NCBI GenBank assembly: GCA_001179505.1
Contig: CDMY01000367.1
Coordinates: forward strand, 1-64,000
Origin: Vitrella brassicaformis CCMP3155
Lineage: Eukaryota; Protista; Chromerida
Length of the DNA: 64,000 bases
Direction of reading: 5' to 3'
Made by a program: the position numbers and the translations under genes. Below the pieces are notes generated by a model that worked only from the letters and a program-made list of their open reading frames with translations, was not told the DNA's origin and did no database searches. This document shows positions 51,093 through 63,800 of the stretch, one piece after another (the first letter of the stretch is position 1; every line of letters begins with the position of its first letter).

Positions 51093-54000
51093 TCATCTGA
51101 GCGGCCTCGCGGGATGCAGCGGCCGCGTCCTCCTGAACTGTCTTATATCATCATGCGTCCGCAGAACCACCCCCCCATCACCCGCAGCAGCCGCCTCGCC
51201 CGCCTTCTTGTCACCGGCCTGTTGTGCATGTGCCTCTGCTGTCTTGTCGTGGCTCTCTCGGTGTGGGATCGACCAGAAGTGGGACGCCAGCAGCCGACGG
51301 GAGGGGGCGGTCTTGGCTATGTGCTCGTCAAACAGCGCCAGCAGCCGCTTCTGAGGGAGGCAGGACATAGAAGGGGGAAAAACAGATGGATGTGTGTGTG
51401 TGTGTGGAGGGGGAAGGGCGCGTATGCGGTCCGGTCCGAACATACCTTGCTGATTTTGGTGTTGTCTTGGAGCACTGCCGCCTCCCTCTCCTTGCGATCG
51501 AACACAAACTGGCGCAGGGAGATCTCACGCCACATACGGGAGCTCTCCTCAGCCAACCTGTACACAGCCACAGACGACACACACATACACATGACCACGG
51601 TCATGCCCAACGGGCCTCTGTGTGTGTGCGTGTGTGTGTGTTACCGTTTGTCTCGCTGTGTCTTCTTGGCCAGCAGGCCGTTGACGCTGTTGAGGAACTC
51701 CTGGTCGCTCATGTCGACCACCTCCTGCCGCAGTTTGACCAGCCAGCCCTCGATGTGCTGCTCCAGGGCCAGGGGGTCGGCCACGGTGGACTGCACACGC
51801 ACGGAGAAACCTCTCGTGCCGTACAGCGACCGGACCATCGTGTCCACAATGTATCCGAGCTGGAGTTCGGTGCGCAGGCGATTGAAGGCCGACCTGCGTC
51901 GCATCAGACAAGGGAGATGGATGAGCGGACAGAGGATATGGATGGTGCACGGCAGGGCAGGGGGGGCGTGAGGAGTGTGTGTGTATATATGGTACGGTAC
52001 CGGTATGCGATCTGGTCAAGCAAGTCCAGCAAGAGGTCCCTCTCGAAGCTCAGATCCTCCAAACCAACCTGCACACACACACACACGCATGCAGACTAGA
52101 CTCACACCCATCCCTCCCTTCCTCCATCCCTCCGTCCCTCCCTTGACCTTCATTCCATCTATGTATGGTCCACTCCACTGACCTGGAAGTGCACCTCGAC
52201 GGCCGAGTTGGGCTGGTTGGCGTCGACACTTGTCTTCTCGACGACCACTCCCCTGCCGCCCGGTGTGCCGCTCGCCAACGGCAGCTCCACGCACCGGTTG
52301 ACGGGCTCCTCGCCCTCGAGCAGCGGGTCGATCCGCAGGACATCAGCGGCCTGCCTGGCGGTGTCCTCTGCCTCTTCGCGGTGGAAGTTGCCCGAGACGA
52401 AACAGGTGATGTCGCCCCTCGCCAGGGACTCCTGCACGTTGCGGGCCATCTCCTCGGGGTTGCACTGGCGCGGATTGGACAGGAAAGAGATGTGCTGGTC
52501 CCACGAGTAGCCTCGGGGATTCAACACCTCGTTGACAGACCGGCTGCAACCAACCACATACTAACAGGTGTGTCAATGGGACGGGACGGTGGGGTGGCCT
52601 GACATACCTACCTTGCGAGATGGTACGACTCGGCGAATCTGCTGTTTTCGTATCTCCTCTTCTCCTTCTGTCTCACGGTCTCAAATCTCTCGAGCAGCTT
52701 CTGCTTCCTCGCTTGACCCTTGGTCAACCCCTCCTAGAACAAACAAACACATTCATGCATATCATATACATACATCACACACGCGGGTGAGGTGATACCG
52801 ACCGTCTGTGTACTTTGCACACATCCCGTTCCTCCCCGTCTCGTCTCACCTGTATGTCGTCATCGTCTTCCCACCGGTCGTCATCCTCTTCTTCCCTACT
52901 CGACTCGGGCGGCGGCAAATGGACGTTCTTGTACTCGGTCAGCAGGCTCTGCATGGCCTGCAGCACCCGGGTCATGAGCAAAGGCAGCTTCTCGCTGAAG
53001 CCCCCCACGCTGATGGTGATGTCGCCGCGGCTGTAGAAGTCCATCTGGCACCCCATTCCCGCCTGAGAGGCGTCGTACAGCAGCGGGTTGAGCTCCTCCC
53101 CCAACAGCTGCATGAAGATGTCGTTGAGCAGGTACGATGCGGGGTTCTGCTGACTGGATGGGACCGTCAGCTGCAGATAAAGATGGCCCTTCGGCACCCG
53201 GAACTTGCGATCCATCTTGTGTAGGATCTCGACGGTCCTCTCGCCGCTCTCGCCAGGGGTGGACACCCGGAATCGCTGCGGGAAGTCGTCCTCACCACCA
53301 CCACCACCACCACGATCCTCATCCAGCCGCCTCGCTGACACCTGCACCATCGCCTCGCCTGGCCCCCCATCAGTCGCCGCCCGCTCGGCGTCGGCCGGGG
53401 GACTCTCCTGGTCGCATCTCAGGGAGAAATCGACGGGAACAAGGTCGTTTGGCGGCGGGAGGGTGAGTTTGGAGTGGATGGATGAGGGATGGGCCCAGTC
53501 CCGGAGTTTCTTGGGGTCGATGTTGACCTCCCGGTGCAGCGTGCCGTACCACTTCTCTTTTTTCCACCCGTCGGGCCGCTGACAGACAGGGAGGGATGAA
53601 GAGAAAGACATTCATCGGATGGATGGATGGATAGATGGGCGGTTGTGTGTGCGCGTACCTCCTGAGCGTGTTTCTCGAATTCCTTTGAGATGATGGTGAA
53701 GATGCAGTTGCGTGGGATGAGGTAGTGGTCAAGCAGCTCGTGGATGTCCTCCGGTGCCCACTTGGTCAGCAGCGCTGGCCCACTCAACACACGGGGCGGC
53801 TCGAAGTCAAAGAGGTTCCGCGACACCAGCGTCGCAAAGGACTGCACAGAGAGATACAACAGAGGCAATGTGCATCTCGCCTGCCCTTGCGCGTGTGTGT
53901 GGCGTGCTCACCGCTGGGTCGATCTTCTCTGAGAATCGGAATTTCATGGACCTGAGTTTGGCGATCTGGTCGAAGAGCGCCTGCGAGGGCGGGGCGTTGC

Positions 54001-55110
54001 TGATGAGGGCCAGGTACTGGAAGGTCAGCGATGTGATCTCCTCCAGGTGCTGCAGACCCTCGTGGGTCAGGTCGATGCTTATCCTGCACACACAATGGAT
54101 GGCGATGTCCTAGTGTGCTGTGCTATGTGGTGTGGTGTGGTGTGTCAATGGCATGGCTCACCTGAAGATGTTGAAGTCAGTGGCCTCAAAGTATGGGGCG
54201 GCGTTGAGCTCCTCTGCCCAGCCCTTCTCCACCAGCAGCTTTCGCAGACTGCCGGCGCCCTGCACAGACAGACAGACAGACAGACAGCACCGCCATGCAG
54301 ACAGACACGCTGCCGCCATGGCCCCCCGTCTGGCTGCCTTCGTACCTCGTATCCGAGAATGTATGACAGATACATATCCGGCTTGGTCTCCCTGACAACG
54401 AGACAACACACATCAAAACACGGCCACAACACAAGGGTGAGTGAGTTGGTGTGGATGGTAACCCTCACTTGAAGTCCTCGAAGTGCGGGTAGGGGAATGA
54501 GAAGACGATCCTCTTGATGTCGCGGATGGGCACCACTTGGTACTTCTTGCCCAGCGACTGGTATGAGAAGGGCTCCACGGGGTACTCGAACACCGTCGGC
54601 CTGTCGTTGTTGACGATAGGCGAAAACATCTGGTCAATACAGCACACGCACACGCTCTCTTCAGTGAATGTAGGCCTTGGGTGGTGGCTGGCTATTGGCT
54701 CGCTGACCTCCTGCACCCATTTCTCGAGCTGCTCGACGTCGTCTCGGCCCACCACACAGAGCTTCATGGCGTTGCCCGAATAATACGCCTCATGGAACTG
54801 CTTCAGAGCAGCACGGACGTCACGGCCCTGGTCCACACACACAGAGATATACACACACCTTGCGTGGCAGGGTTTGTGGTGCAGGCCAGCTGACCTTATG
54901 CGGCTCATTTGAGAGTGTTTGGAGGTTGCCGGTGGCGAACTTTGAGAAGGGGTGTTTGGGGTGTGCCATGGTCTTGGTGAGCATCCACAGGCGGCGCTGG
55001 TCGGACTGGACGTTCTTGTAGAACTCGCTGTCCACCGCATTCACCTCACGGTCTGTGGCGTCCTCGTTGAACAGCGGAGATATGAAGAACTGAGAGAACC
55101 TGCACATACA

Positions 55111-55142
<32 letters not shown>

Positions 55143-55928
55143 CCAACCCATCTTCGGACTGGTCCCTCAGCTGTGGCATGGCGCATACCTACCTGTCGAG
55201 GGCGCCGTGCAGGTGGTCGTAGGCCACCTTGAAGTAGTAGTTTGTGGTCTCGGTCCATGTGACGGCGTTGCTGCGGCCGCCATGGCGGTTGAGATACCGC
55301 TTGTACTCGCCCTCGACAGGAAACTTCTCAGTCCCCAGAAACAACATGTGCCTGCACACGCACACACACATCCCATGAGTGGCAGGGCAGAGTGCCTCTG
55401 ACTGACGCCACGCCAGACCCCGGTCGCTCACTCGTGGAAGTGCGCCAGGCCCGCGAATTCCTCGGGGTCTTGGAAGTGGCCGACCTTGACGTGCAGGGAC
55501 GCAGCGGCCATGTCTGCAGTGGGGTCGCTCACCAGCACGGCCTGCACCCCATTGCCCAGCCAGATGGTCCGATAGGTCCGGTCGTCCACGTCCGCCTTGT
55601 CCATGCCATCCACTCGACGCACTATCGCACCACCCGACTTGGCCTTGCCGCCCTCCTCCTCGCTGCCCACACTCGCGTCTGTGGCGATGAGTCCCACAGC
55701 CCCGCCGCTGGCCGCCGCTGTCGTCAAGGCGATGTGGCGGGCTCGATGGTGCGGCCTCCCGATGAAGCAGTGCCATAGGCGACTGGTGAAGTTCTTGCCT
55801 TGCGGGAGTCGGCAGTACGCCAACGAGCGGATGGTGCGACGGTAGGGGCTGTACGCTTGCGTCAGCACCACATAGCACAGGAGCGGCTTCCACTGATGAT
55901 GCAGATCTGACAAGGGCGGGAGGCGCAT
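51093..55928 (-). CDS. Insulysin/pitrilysin-like metallopeptidase (M16A), multi-exon, with basic N-terminal extension
   Basis: [26 protein letters not shown], inverted zinc motif GLAHFHE|[16 protein letters not shown]|[44 protein letters not shown]. Confidence 0.95.
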
Positions 55929-55978
55929 CGCGCGCTCAAAAACTCACCAGATCTGCGCTGATAGATACATGTGCTTCT

Positions 55979-55999
55979 GGGTTTGGGTTTCAGGGTTTT
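55979..55999 (-). promoter_or_regulatory. Telomere-like cluster GGGTTT-GGGTTTCA-GGGTTTT in a divergent intergenic region
   Basis: Lies in the roughly 110-bp gap between the insulysin ATG (55928) and the ATG at 56038. Confidence 0.4.
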
Positions 56000-56037
56000 G
56001 GCGCGCAGGTCGTGGTCCGGCGGAGAAGCGTCTCATA

Positions 56038-57450
56038 ATGGGGAACAATGTGCCGAGGACGAGCAGCCAGCAGGACTGGCCTGCCATCCGCAACCAAAGC
56101 CTCGACGTCATTCATCGAGAGGGCAGGGATGAACTGCACAAGATCAAGGAGGTCGGCAACCTCAGAATCAGCGCCCGGTTCCTCTCGCGCGTCGACTTCG
56201 AGCCGGCTGTCCTCCGCCGCCGCCTCCGCCGCGCCCTGCACGACACCCAACTCGCCGACGGGACGCCGCTGGATGCCGTGGTGACGTTCGACGTAGACAA
56301 TCTCGGGAGCAAGCTGCTGCTGCAGGTGCGGGAGCCCTGCACACGTGGGATGGATGGATGGATACTCTGTGTGTGTGTGTGTGTGTGCAGGCCTGGTGGC
56401 TGGTGGAGCACCAGCAGTGGGACGAGGCGGCCGACGCACTGCGGCTGGCCCACCAGCTGACCTACTGTGAGCTGCCGGTCATCGTCACACAGCAAGATTT
56501 AGAGAAACACCGTAGCAAACAGGTCGGTGGGCTGATGGGGAAGGGGACGGATGGCACTCATCTCTCTGTGTGTGTGTGTGATGTGACGGATGTGTGTGAC
56601 GTCAGGCGTATTTGGCTGAGCCGCGTGTGGTCGCGCTGTGGAAGATGCTCGGCCGCCACGTCAACTTCGGCGACGAGTTGGGCAGATTTGAGCTGTTCGA
56701 CGACGGCAATGGCGACCTGCGGGCCATCAAGGACGAGCCCGAGCACCGCCTCGATCTGACCCCCCTGCCCCTCGCCCACGCCTACCACCCACACACCAGC
56801 CCCCAGGACCCCCCAGTCAGACACCACATCGCCGGCTACGACGACGAGAAACACGGCTGGGACACTGGTGGCCCATTCACCGAGGCGTCATTTTCCTCCT
56901 TCCTTGTGGGCACCATCGTGCTGCCCACCTATGCCGACATGGATCTCACTGAGGAATTCATAGACCGGTCGGCCAGTTGGGACGGCCCACGACATTCCCC
57001 ATCCTCATTGATGCTTCATTGGGTTGGCTGTGTGTGTCTGCAGTGATGCGCGTGGCGGCGTGTTGAGGGGCCTGCTCGATCAGTCGGTCCACCAGCCGAT
57101 TGAGGGCACCACGGCTGTCACGGCGTTTATCCTTGCCAACGACTCATCATGCAAGTGGCTGCTGCTGACGCCGTTTGACCACCCCTTCATCGCATTCATC
57201 GACATCGAAGACTGGGGGGATGATGGAGAAGGCAAGCTACAGACGACAGAGGGTCACTCAGACAGACAGCCCGCTCATTCCCCTGTGCTGTGTGTCTGCA
57301 GTGTCTGTGAGGGTGTTGACAACCGAGCCGCCGGCAGCTGGTGTGTCTGCTGATGCGCCCTTCAAGCAGCGCTTCCCCCGCACCACCGCCATGGCGCGAC
57401 CAGTGCTGGGACAGATCGCACCCGTAGTGTTCGACGGCGAGGCGGCGTAG
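56038..57450 (+). CDS. Hypothetical protein (lineage-specific, multi-exon, MG start)
   Basis: Protein-like ORFs 55969..56460, 56358.., 56612..57046, 57024.. and 57175..57450 separated by GT-AG introns rich in microsatellites. Confidence 0.6.
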
Positions 57451-57865
57451 CTCGTGTTGGAGCAGGGGGAGTGGGGTAGACAAACAAGAGGGAACGAGAT
57501 GAGAGAGGCATGAGGGACACCACATCTCAGACACGGGGCGAGACGTGTGTGTGTGGATGGATGGCCTGTGTGTACGTGGTGAATGGCCATCCCTGCTGTG
57601 AGTGACTCCTGACTGACTGAACACATCCATGCGTGTGTGCATCAAACGTTATGATGAAATCACGTCTGTTGTCTTCCATTATCGCACACACGAGACTGCC
57701 CGTCCATCCGTCACGTCTCACTTTACTGAGATGCGTCAGAGTCTGTCACACACTGCCCTCTCTGCCCAGACAACCCTACACATACACGAGTACGGCCACA
57801 GACGCTCCACCGGGATTGTATATCAAGGAATTAGCAGCGCCCCATCTCACCGCACACCAGCAAAG

Positions 57866-60800
57866 CTAAGCAGCGTGGCCTTCGCCCCCGCCGACAGCTC
57901 TCAAAACATTTATATCGACACATCGTCAAGCTGTCTATCTGTCTGTCTGTCTCTCTCTCTGTCTCAAAAAGGCCAAGGTCCTCTCTCTGTCTGTCTGACT
58001 GCCTGATGGCTGAGTAACCGCCACGGGCGATAGACAGCATGAGGCGAAAGCGCGTGTGTGGACACGCTCACCACAGAAACAAAGATAGATAGACAGGGTG
58101 CGATGTGCATATGGACACCGAGCTACTGCTGCACAGTACAGTACATGAAGTTGCTGGCTGTGTGTCATTCGTCCTGCCGGCTAATGCCCGGCGGATGAAC
58201 GACTTCACCAAGGCCATATCAGATATGCCCATGAAGATGGCCTCCCTCGCCGCATCGATCAGTGCCGCCTCCAGTCTCCCCTTATCAGACCCATCGCTGT
58301 CTTGGGGCGGCTCCACCAGCAGTGACATGCTCATGCCTGATATCCCATACTGCACACACACGAATGGAATCCATGTGCCGCATTCTGTGTGCTGTGTGTT
58401 GTGTGTTGACTGACCTCTTTGATTTTGTCGATGACGTGCTGCAGTTTGCCGCCGTGCCGCTGCCTCTTGTCCTCGGCCATCATGCCCATCTCACGCTCAA
58501 TGGCCGACACCAGACGACCTGCGTCCCACGACTGGCCGGCAGCCAGGCCTTCTCCGTCCCCCCTCACACCATCCCCAGGTGGCCACTGGACGGCCCCCCG
58601 CCGCTTGAGTGACTGCAGGAAGCGCCGCAGCTGCGCTATGATGACGAGTGCGATGCCCTTGTGGAGGCCGAGGTCGCGGCCGATGTCCTCACACGCCGCC
58701 ACACTGTCGATGTCATCCAAGATGTCCAACAAACTCACCGCCAAACCGATCTCCGTCTGACCCGACATGACAACACACCGACATGACAACACACACATTC
58801 ATCCCGACTTCACTCATGTGTGTTGCTCGTTGCTGACCATGATTCTGTCGGCTACGCGTTGCATGTCGGGTGACGGGTTGGCCTTGAGCAGCTCCACCAG
58901 CTGACCATTCGTCAGCTCATCGAACGGAATCATCTCGCCCTCCCTCTCGCCATCCCCGTCGCCACGTCCACCGTCCCGCCCTTCGTGCGTCGGCCCATCC
59001 ACCATGCGAAGGGCAGCGGCCGGATCTCGTGTGTGCGGGCCATTGGCTGGCGAGGGGGACTGCGTCTGCGGGACCACATCGGCCGCGTCTCGACTCATGG
59101 GCTGCGGACGGGGCGGTGGCCGCATCGTCAGGGCGATGTTGGGTGCCTCATCGCCAGCTGGAAGCTGCTCGTCGTCCGCCGCCTTGAGCTGCTTGGGCCT
59201 GGGTGGTGTGGCGTGCGCCTGACGGGGGTGCTGGCCGAGCTGTTTGATGAATCGGTTGGCGGCCTCCTTGACGCCCTCGCCGTCACGCTGCCCCACCATG
59301 GCCGGCAGCTTATGACGCACAAACGAGTCGACGGACGCAAAGCTCAGAGCTGGGACGGCCGCCAGCATCGCCCCAATGTTGTGACCCACTTGGCCGTACA
59401 CGCGACAGAGGACCATCCGCTGGGCGTGTGTCATGGGCTGCTGGTCCTCAGTGCCGTCGGTGTCCATCTCCCGCTGGCGGCATGCCCAAGCGGCATCGAT
59501 GGCCGCCCCCATGGCCTCCCTGGTGGCCGCTGAGAGGGGCACCGACTGCACTGGGGTGCCGGGCAGGACCACCTCGACGGCCAGCTGTGTCAGCGCAGAC
59601 CCACTCCTGAACCGCAGACAGAGGGGCATGTCGGGATGGGCTCGGCCGAGTGCCTCCAGCTGCTGGTAGAAGTGACGAATCAGGTCCCCCTGCTGGACCG
59701 GCGTCACACGAGGGCCGCAACCGGCCGTGCGATTCGTCGGCGGTTCAGGCGGAGCGTCTTGCTGTAGCCGACTGGGAGTCTTGCTCTTGAGGATAGGATT
59801 GCGGTCGAGTCTTCCGTCTCTGCGGCGCCGTGGCTTGGTGTCACGGCGAGCAGTAGGGTCCAGAGGCACACCGGCTCTCACACCAGCCTGACGGAGCTGA
59901 GGCGCCTGTCGCTGTTTGCCAGGCAGAGGATCGTCGCCATCGTCGGCACTTCTTGCATCAGCCGGGTCGCCATCCAGCACCGCCGCACGCTCGGACGTGT
60001 GGGACTGCCTCTTCAAGATGGCCCGTAGGTGGCTGATGGCGGCGCCTTTGGCCTCTTCGTAGCCCAGCTGCTTGACGGAGAAGCTTTTGGTCTTCTCCTG
60101 ACCGCTCGCCTTCCAGCGGGCTTCCCATGTGTTGTGTGTCTTGTCGAACCTCACGCGCTTGACGCCGCTCTGGTGCTCAGATCTCCGCTTCATTGCCGCC
60201 CGACCGGTGCGGTCCATCTCGAGACGATGCTCCTCGGCCAACGCCTGACGCACACGTGAGAAGAATAGAGGGTGAGATGGAGGCAGGGTGCTGCGATGCG
60301 ATGTCGGTACCTTTGCTTTGTCGAATCCGTGGTGCTTGACATAGAAGGTCTTGCGCTTCTCCTTGCCGCTGCTCTTCTCGTACCACTGCGCTATCCACGC
60401 CTGGTCCCTCGCAGACCACGAGACGCCCGACACGTGCGACTGGTGTTCGGCAGCCTTTCGTGTGACGGCCTCGCCCTTATCCCTGGCTGTCGTGTTGGTC
60501 TGTGGCCTCGGCTGCCTCTCGATGGATGGTTTGCTGCTGCTGGCGAGAGCCGTATCTCTGCGGCGTTGCTTTCGAGAGGGGCTGTGGTCGGATGACTCGT
60601 CATGCAGCGAAGCCTCTGGCCCCACCGCACCCCCCCCCCCTGCTGCTGCCGGTCGAGCCATGAGAGGTCGATGACGCTCGCATGATCGCCGAGTTGGTCA
60701 CGGTGGATGGTGTTGCGGTACGCCACACACAGGCGAAGAGCCTCGAGGATGCTGTCACGGGAGTTGGGGTCGTCGATGACGAACTTGCGGAAGCCAAGGT

Positions 60801-63800
60801 ACTTGCCCTGTTTGTAGAAGTAGGCACCGAAACGTCTCGGTGAAGCCATACAGACGCCCACCCTGACGGGACGCCAAAGATAGGATGCGAAGATATGTCG
60901 CTCCCCCTTGTCGTGTGTGTTGCTCACCCTCCATCGGCGGGCGGACAGGCGTCGTTGAACCGTCGTACCAGTCGGTCCACCAGGGCCGTGGCAAGGAAAG
61001 CCCCAGTCAGCCCATCCAGGTTGGGGTCGTCGCGGACTCTCTTGCGGCCGACGGCGTTCCGCTTGCCGGCGTGACGACATGCCGGGCCATCCCCCTCCTG
61101 AGCTCTCCCGCGACGCATGAGAGGGTCCGCCCTCTGTGCCCTTTTGCTGTGCCTGCATTCCGGGCAGAACCACTGGCCCTCCGGAACAGCCGTGAGGTTG
61201 ATGCAGTAGGTGTGGTAGGCGGCAGAGCAACGCCGGTTGTCACACAGGAGGAGAAACTTCTCGTTGTCGCCCTTGCCGCACTTCCAGCACCGCACTGACT
61301 CATCCGAGCCACTCCTCGCCTCATCCATCTCGCCGCTCTGCGCCTTTGCCGCCTCACCGCCGCCCACGCCACTCAGGTCATTCCCCTCGAGCGGCTGTTT
61401 GTGGCAGTGACTGCTCCGTTTGGGGAGGGGGTGGGGCGGTGGGCGCGGGCGGCGGCTGTCATGGGACTCGCTCTCACGTCCGTCACCACAGAACGACGAT
61501 GAAGAGCCCCGCCGCTCTGAGTCTGAGGATGAGGCCATGGCGGCGTCGCGGCTGGGCGGACTGGGTAGTGGCGTGCGGCTGCGATGTCCGACGGCAGGGT
61601 GGACGTCGCCATGAGAGGCTGCCGTTACCCCTGCATTGGCCCGTCGGTATGCTATGGCCGCACTCATCGCATCCTCGTAGCCGAGCTGCTTGACGGAGAA
61701 GGACTTGAAGTTCTTCTTGCCGCCGGTCCGCCAGTCGTCGGTCCACGCATTGCTTCTTTTGTGGTAGTAGACGCCCTTGACGCCGCTCTGGTGCTCAGAT
61801 CGTTTCCTGACGGTCGCTCGTCCGATGCTCTCCATGTGCCTCCTGTCGATACTGGGGCTCGTGACGTCTGCCACATCACCACTGTGGCGCTCCACCGACG
61901 GGCCGTCGGTTGCCCTATTGCCGACGAGGCGGGTGAACAGGGGAAGGCTCTCGTCGTCGAATGACTCATCGCGATGGCCGTCGTATGGAGAATGACCCCT
62001 GGCAACTCCCTTGCTTGGACGCTTCGAGACCGATATGCCGACGCTGCTGTCGCGCATGTGGGTATCGGAGCCCTGTGCTGTGTGGCGCGACGACTGAGGG
62101 CGACAGGCAGAGTGGACGGAGTGGACGCTTCCCTCAGATGTGTAGTGCCGCTGCAACATGGCACATCTGTGGTTGATAGCGGCATTCTTGGCGCCCTCAT
62201 AGCCCAACTCAGCCACTGAGAAGGACTTGCGCTGCTTCCTGCCGCCCACATGCCAACAGGCGATCCACAGGTTGGTCGCCTTGGCGTAGTGGACGCCTCG
62301 CACGCCGCTCTGATGCTTCGATCTCTTTTGCAACGACGCCTGGCCGGTGCGCTCCATCTCGAGACGATGCCGCTCGGCCAACGCCTGAAAGAAACAAGCA
62401 GAGCAAGAGAGGTTCTGGCTTGGGTGTGCTTCCTTCTTGCTTGTTGCACCTTTGCTTTGTCGTAGCCATGCTCCTTGACGTAGAACCGCTTGCGCTCCCT
62501 CTTGCCGCTGCTCTTCTCGGACCACTGCGCTTGCCACGCCTGATGCTGTTCAGACCATGAGACGCCCCTCACGGCTGACTGATGCTCGGCAGGCTTGCGG
62601 GCGGCGGTCTTGCTCTTGCTGGCCCTTGGCCTCGATCGGCCGTCGGGTGAGGTAACGTCGCCATATCCATCCATCTCACTATGACTCGACTCATCACCAT
62701 CGTCGCCACTGGCACGAGCACTCGCCCGGCTGCCGACTGCGTGGTTGTGCAGCTCCTGTGGCTGTAGGCTGACCCGCTGGACGTAGATGGTCGCTGCAGT
62801 GTCGCCGTGGTGGGCATGGCGGATGATGTTGAGGTGGTGGGCCGCTTGCGCAAACGACTGAAAGATGCGCCGTGAAGACGTCACGTCAGACACCCGAAAG
62901 ACACGCTCGTCGTGCATGGCCTCTCCGTCTGGTCGATAGGCCGCAAAGCTGGCCTCCTCGGCGCGCCACTCGAGACCAAAGCTGCATGGCACACACATCA
63001 ACGAAAGGTCAATGGGTAGCCCATTCCACCAACCAGAGTGCATGCCTTGCGCCCACCTGGCGGTACCTTCCTGGTTTACGTCCACGAGCTGCCGCCTTGC
63101 CTGCTCCACCAGGCTGGCCGCCAGCGCATGGCCGCCCGCCTCACTCAGCTTCGCCGACAAACACCGCTCCTTCCCACCGCCCGACTCGTCGCGATGGCGC
63201 TTGGCCGCTGGTCGGTCGATGAGCATCTCGCTCTCAGAGCACGACGAGTCGGCTACTGGCCGCTCACTGACACGATGCGACGACCTGCCTCGGTGACGGC
63301 GCCGGGGCCGAATGTGGGGTGGCATGGGGACGTCGGTGCCCAGTGGACGGTCACTGGGACTCTGAGACACAGGCCGTAGCGGCATGGGTTTGCGCCTCGC
63401 TCTCCTGCTGCGGCGCATCTGAGGGCCAGCGGAGCCGTGGGAGCTGATGTCATCGAGCCAGCTGAGGTCCAGGGGGACGGCGGCCTCTCCCTCACTAGCC
63501 GTGCTCAGACGGTTGAGCTCCTCGACGGCTCGGCGAAAAGCGTCCATGACGGCCGAACGGGAGTCGAGGTCGACCACCGGCACATCGACAATGCGCTCAG
63601 TCGCACCCTCCCCGACAGAGGACGGCACACGGACACGGAAGCTGCCCTTCTGCCAACACAACCCGCATGACCTGCCCGAAAGATCCGACCCCACACACAC
63701 ACCACACACGTGACAAATCTGGCCCTTCCTGTCTTCCCTTGTCTTGTCTTACCCGTCGCTGCTGAGGACCTCAACGAGGGCAGCAGCCAGGTCGCCGCCC

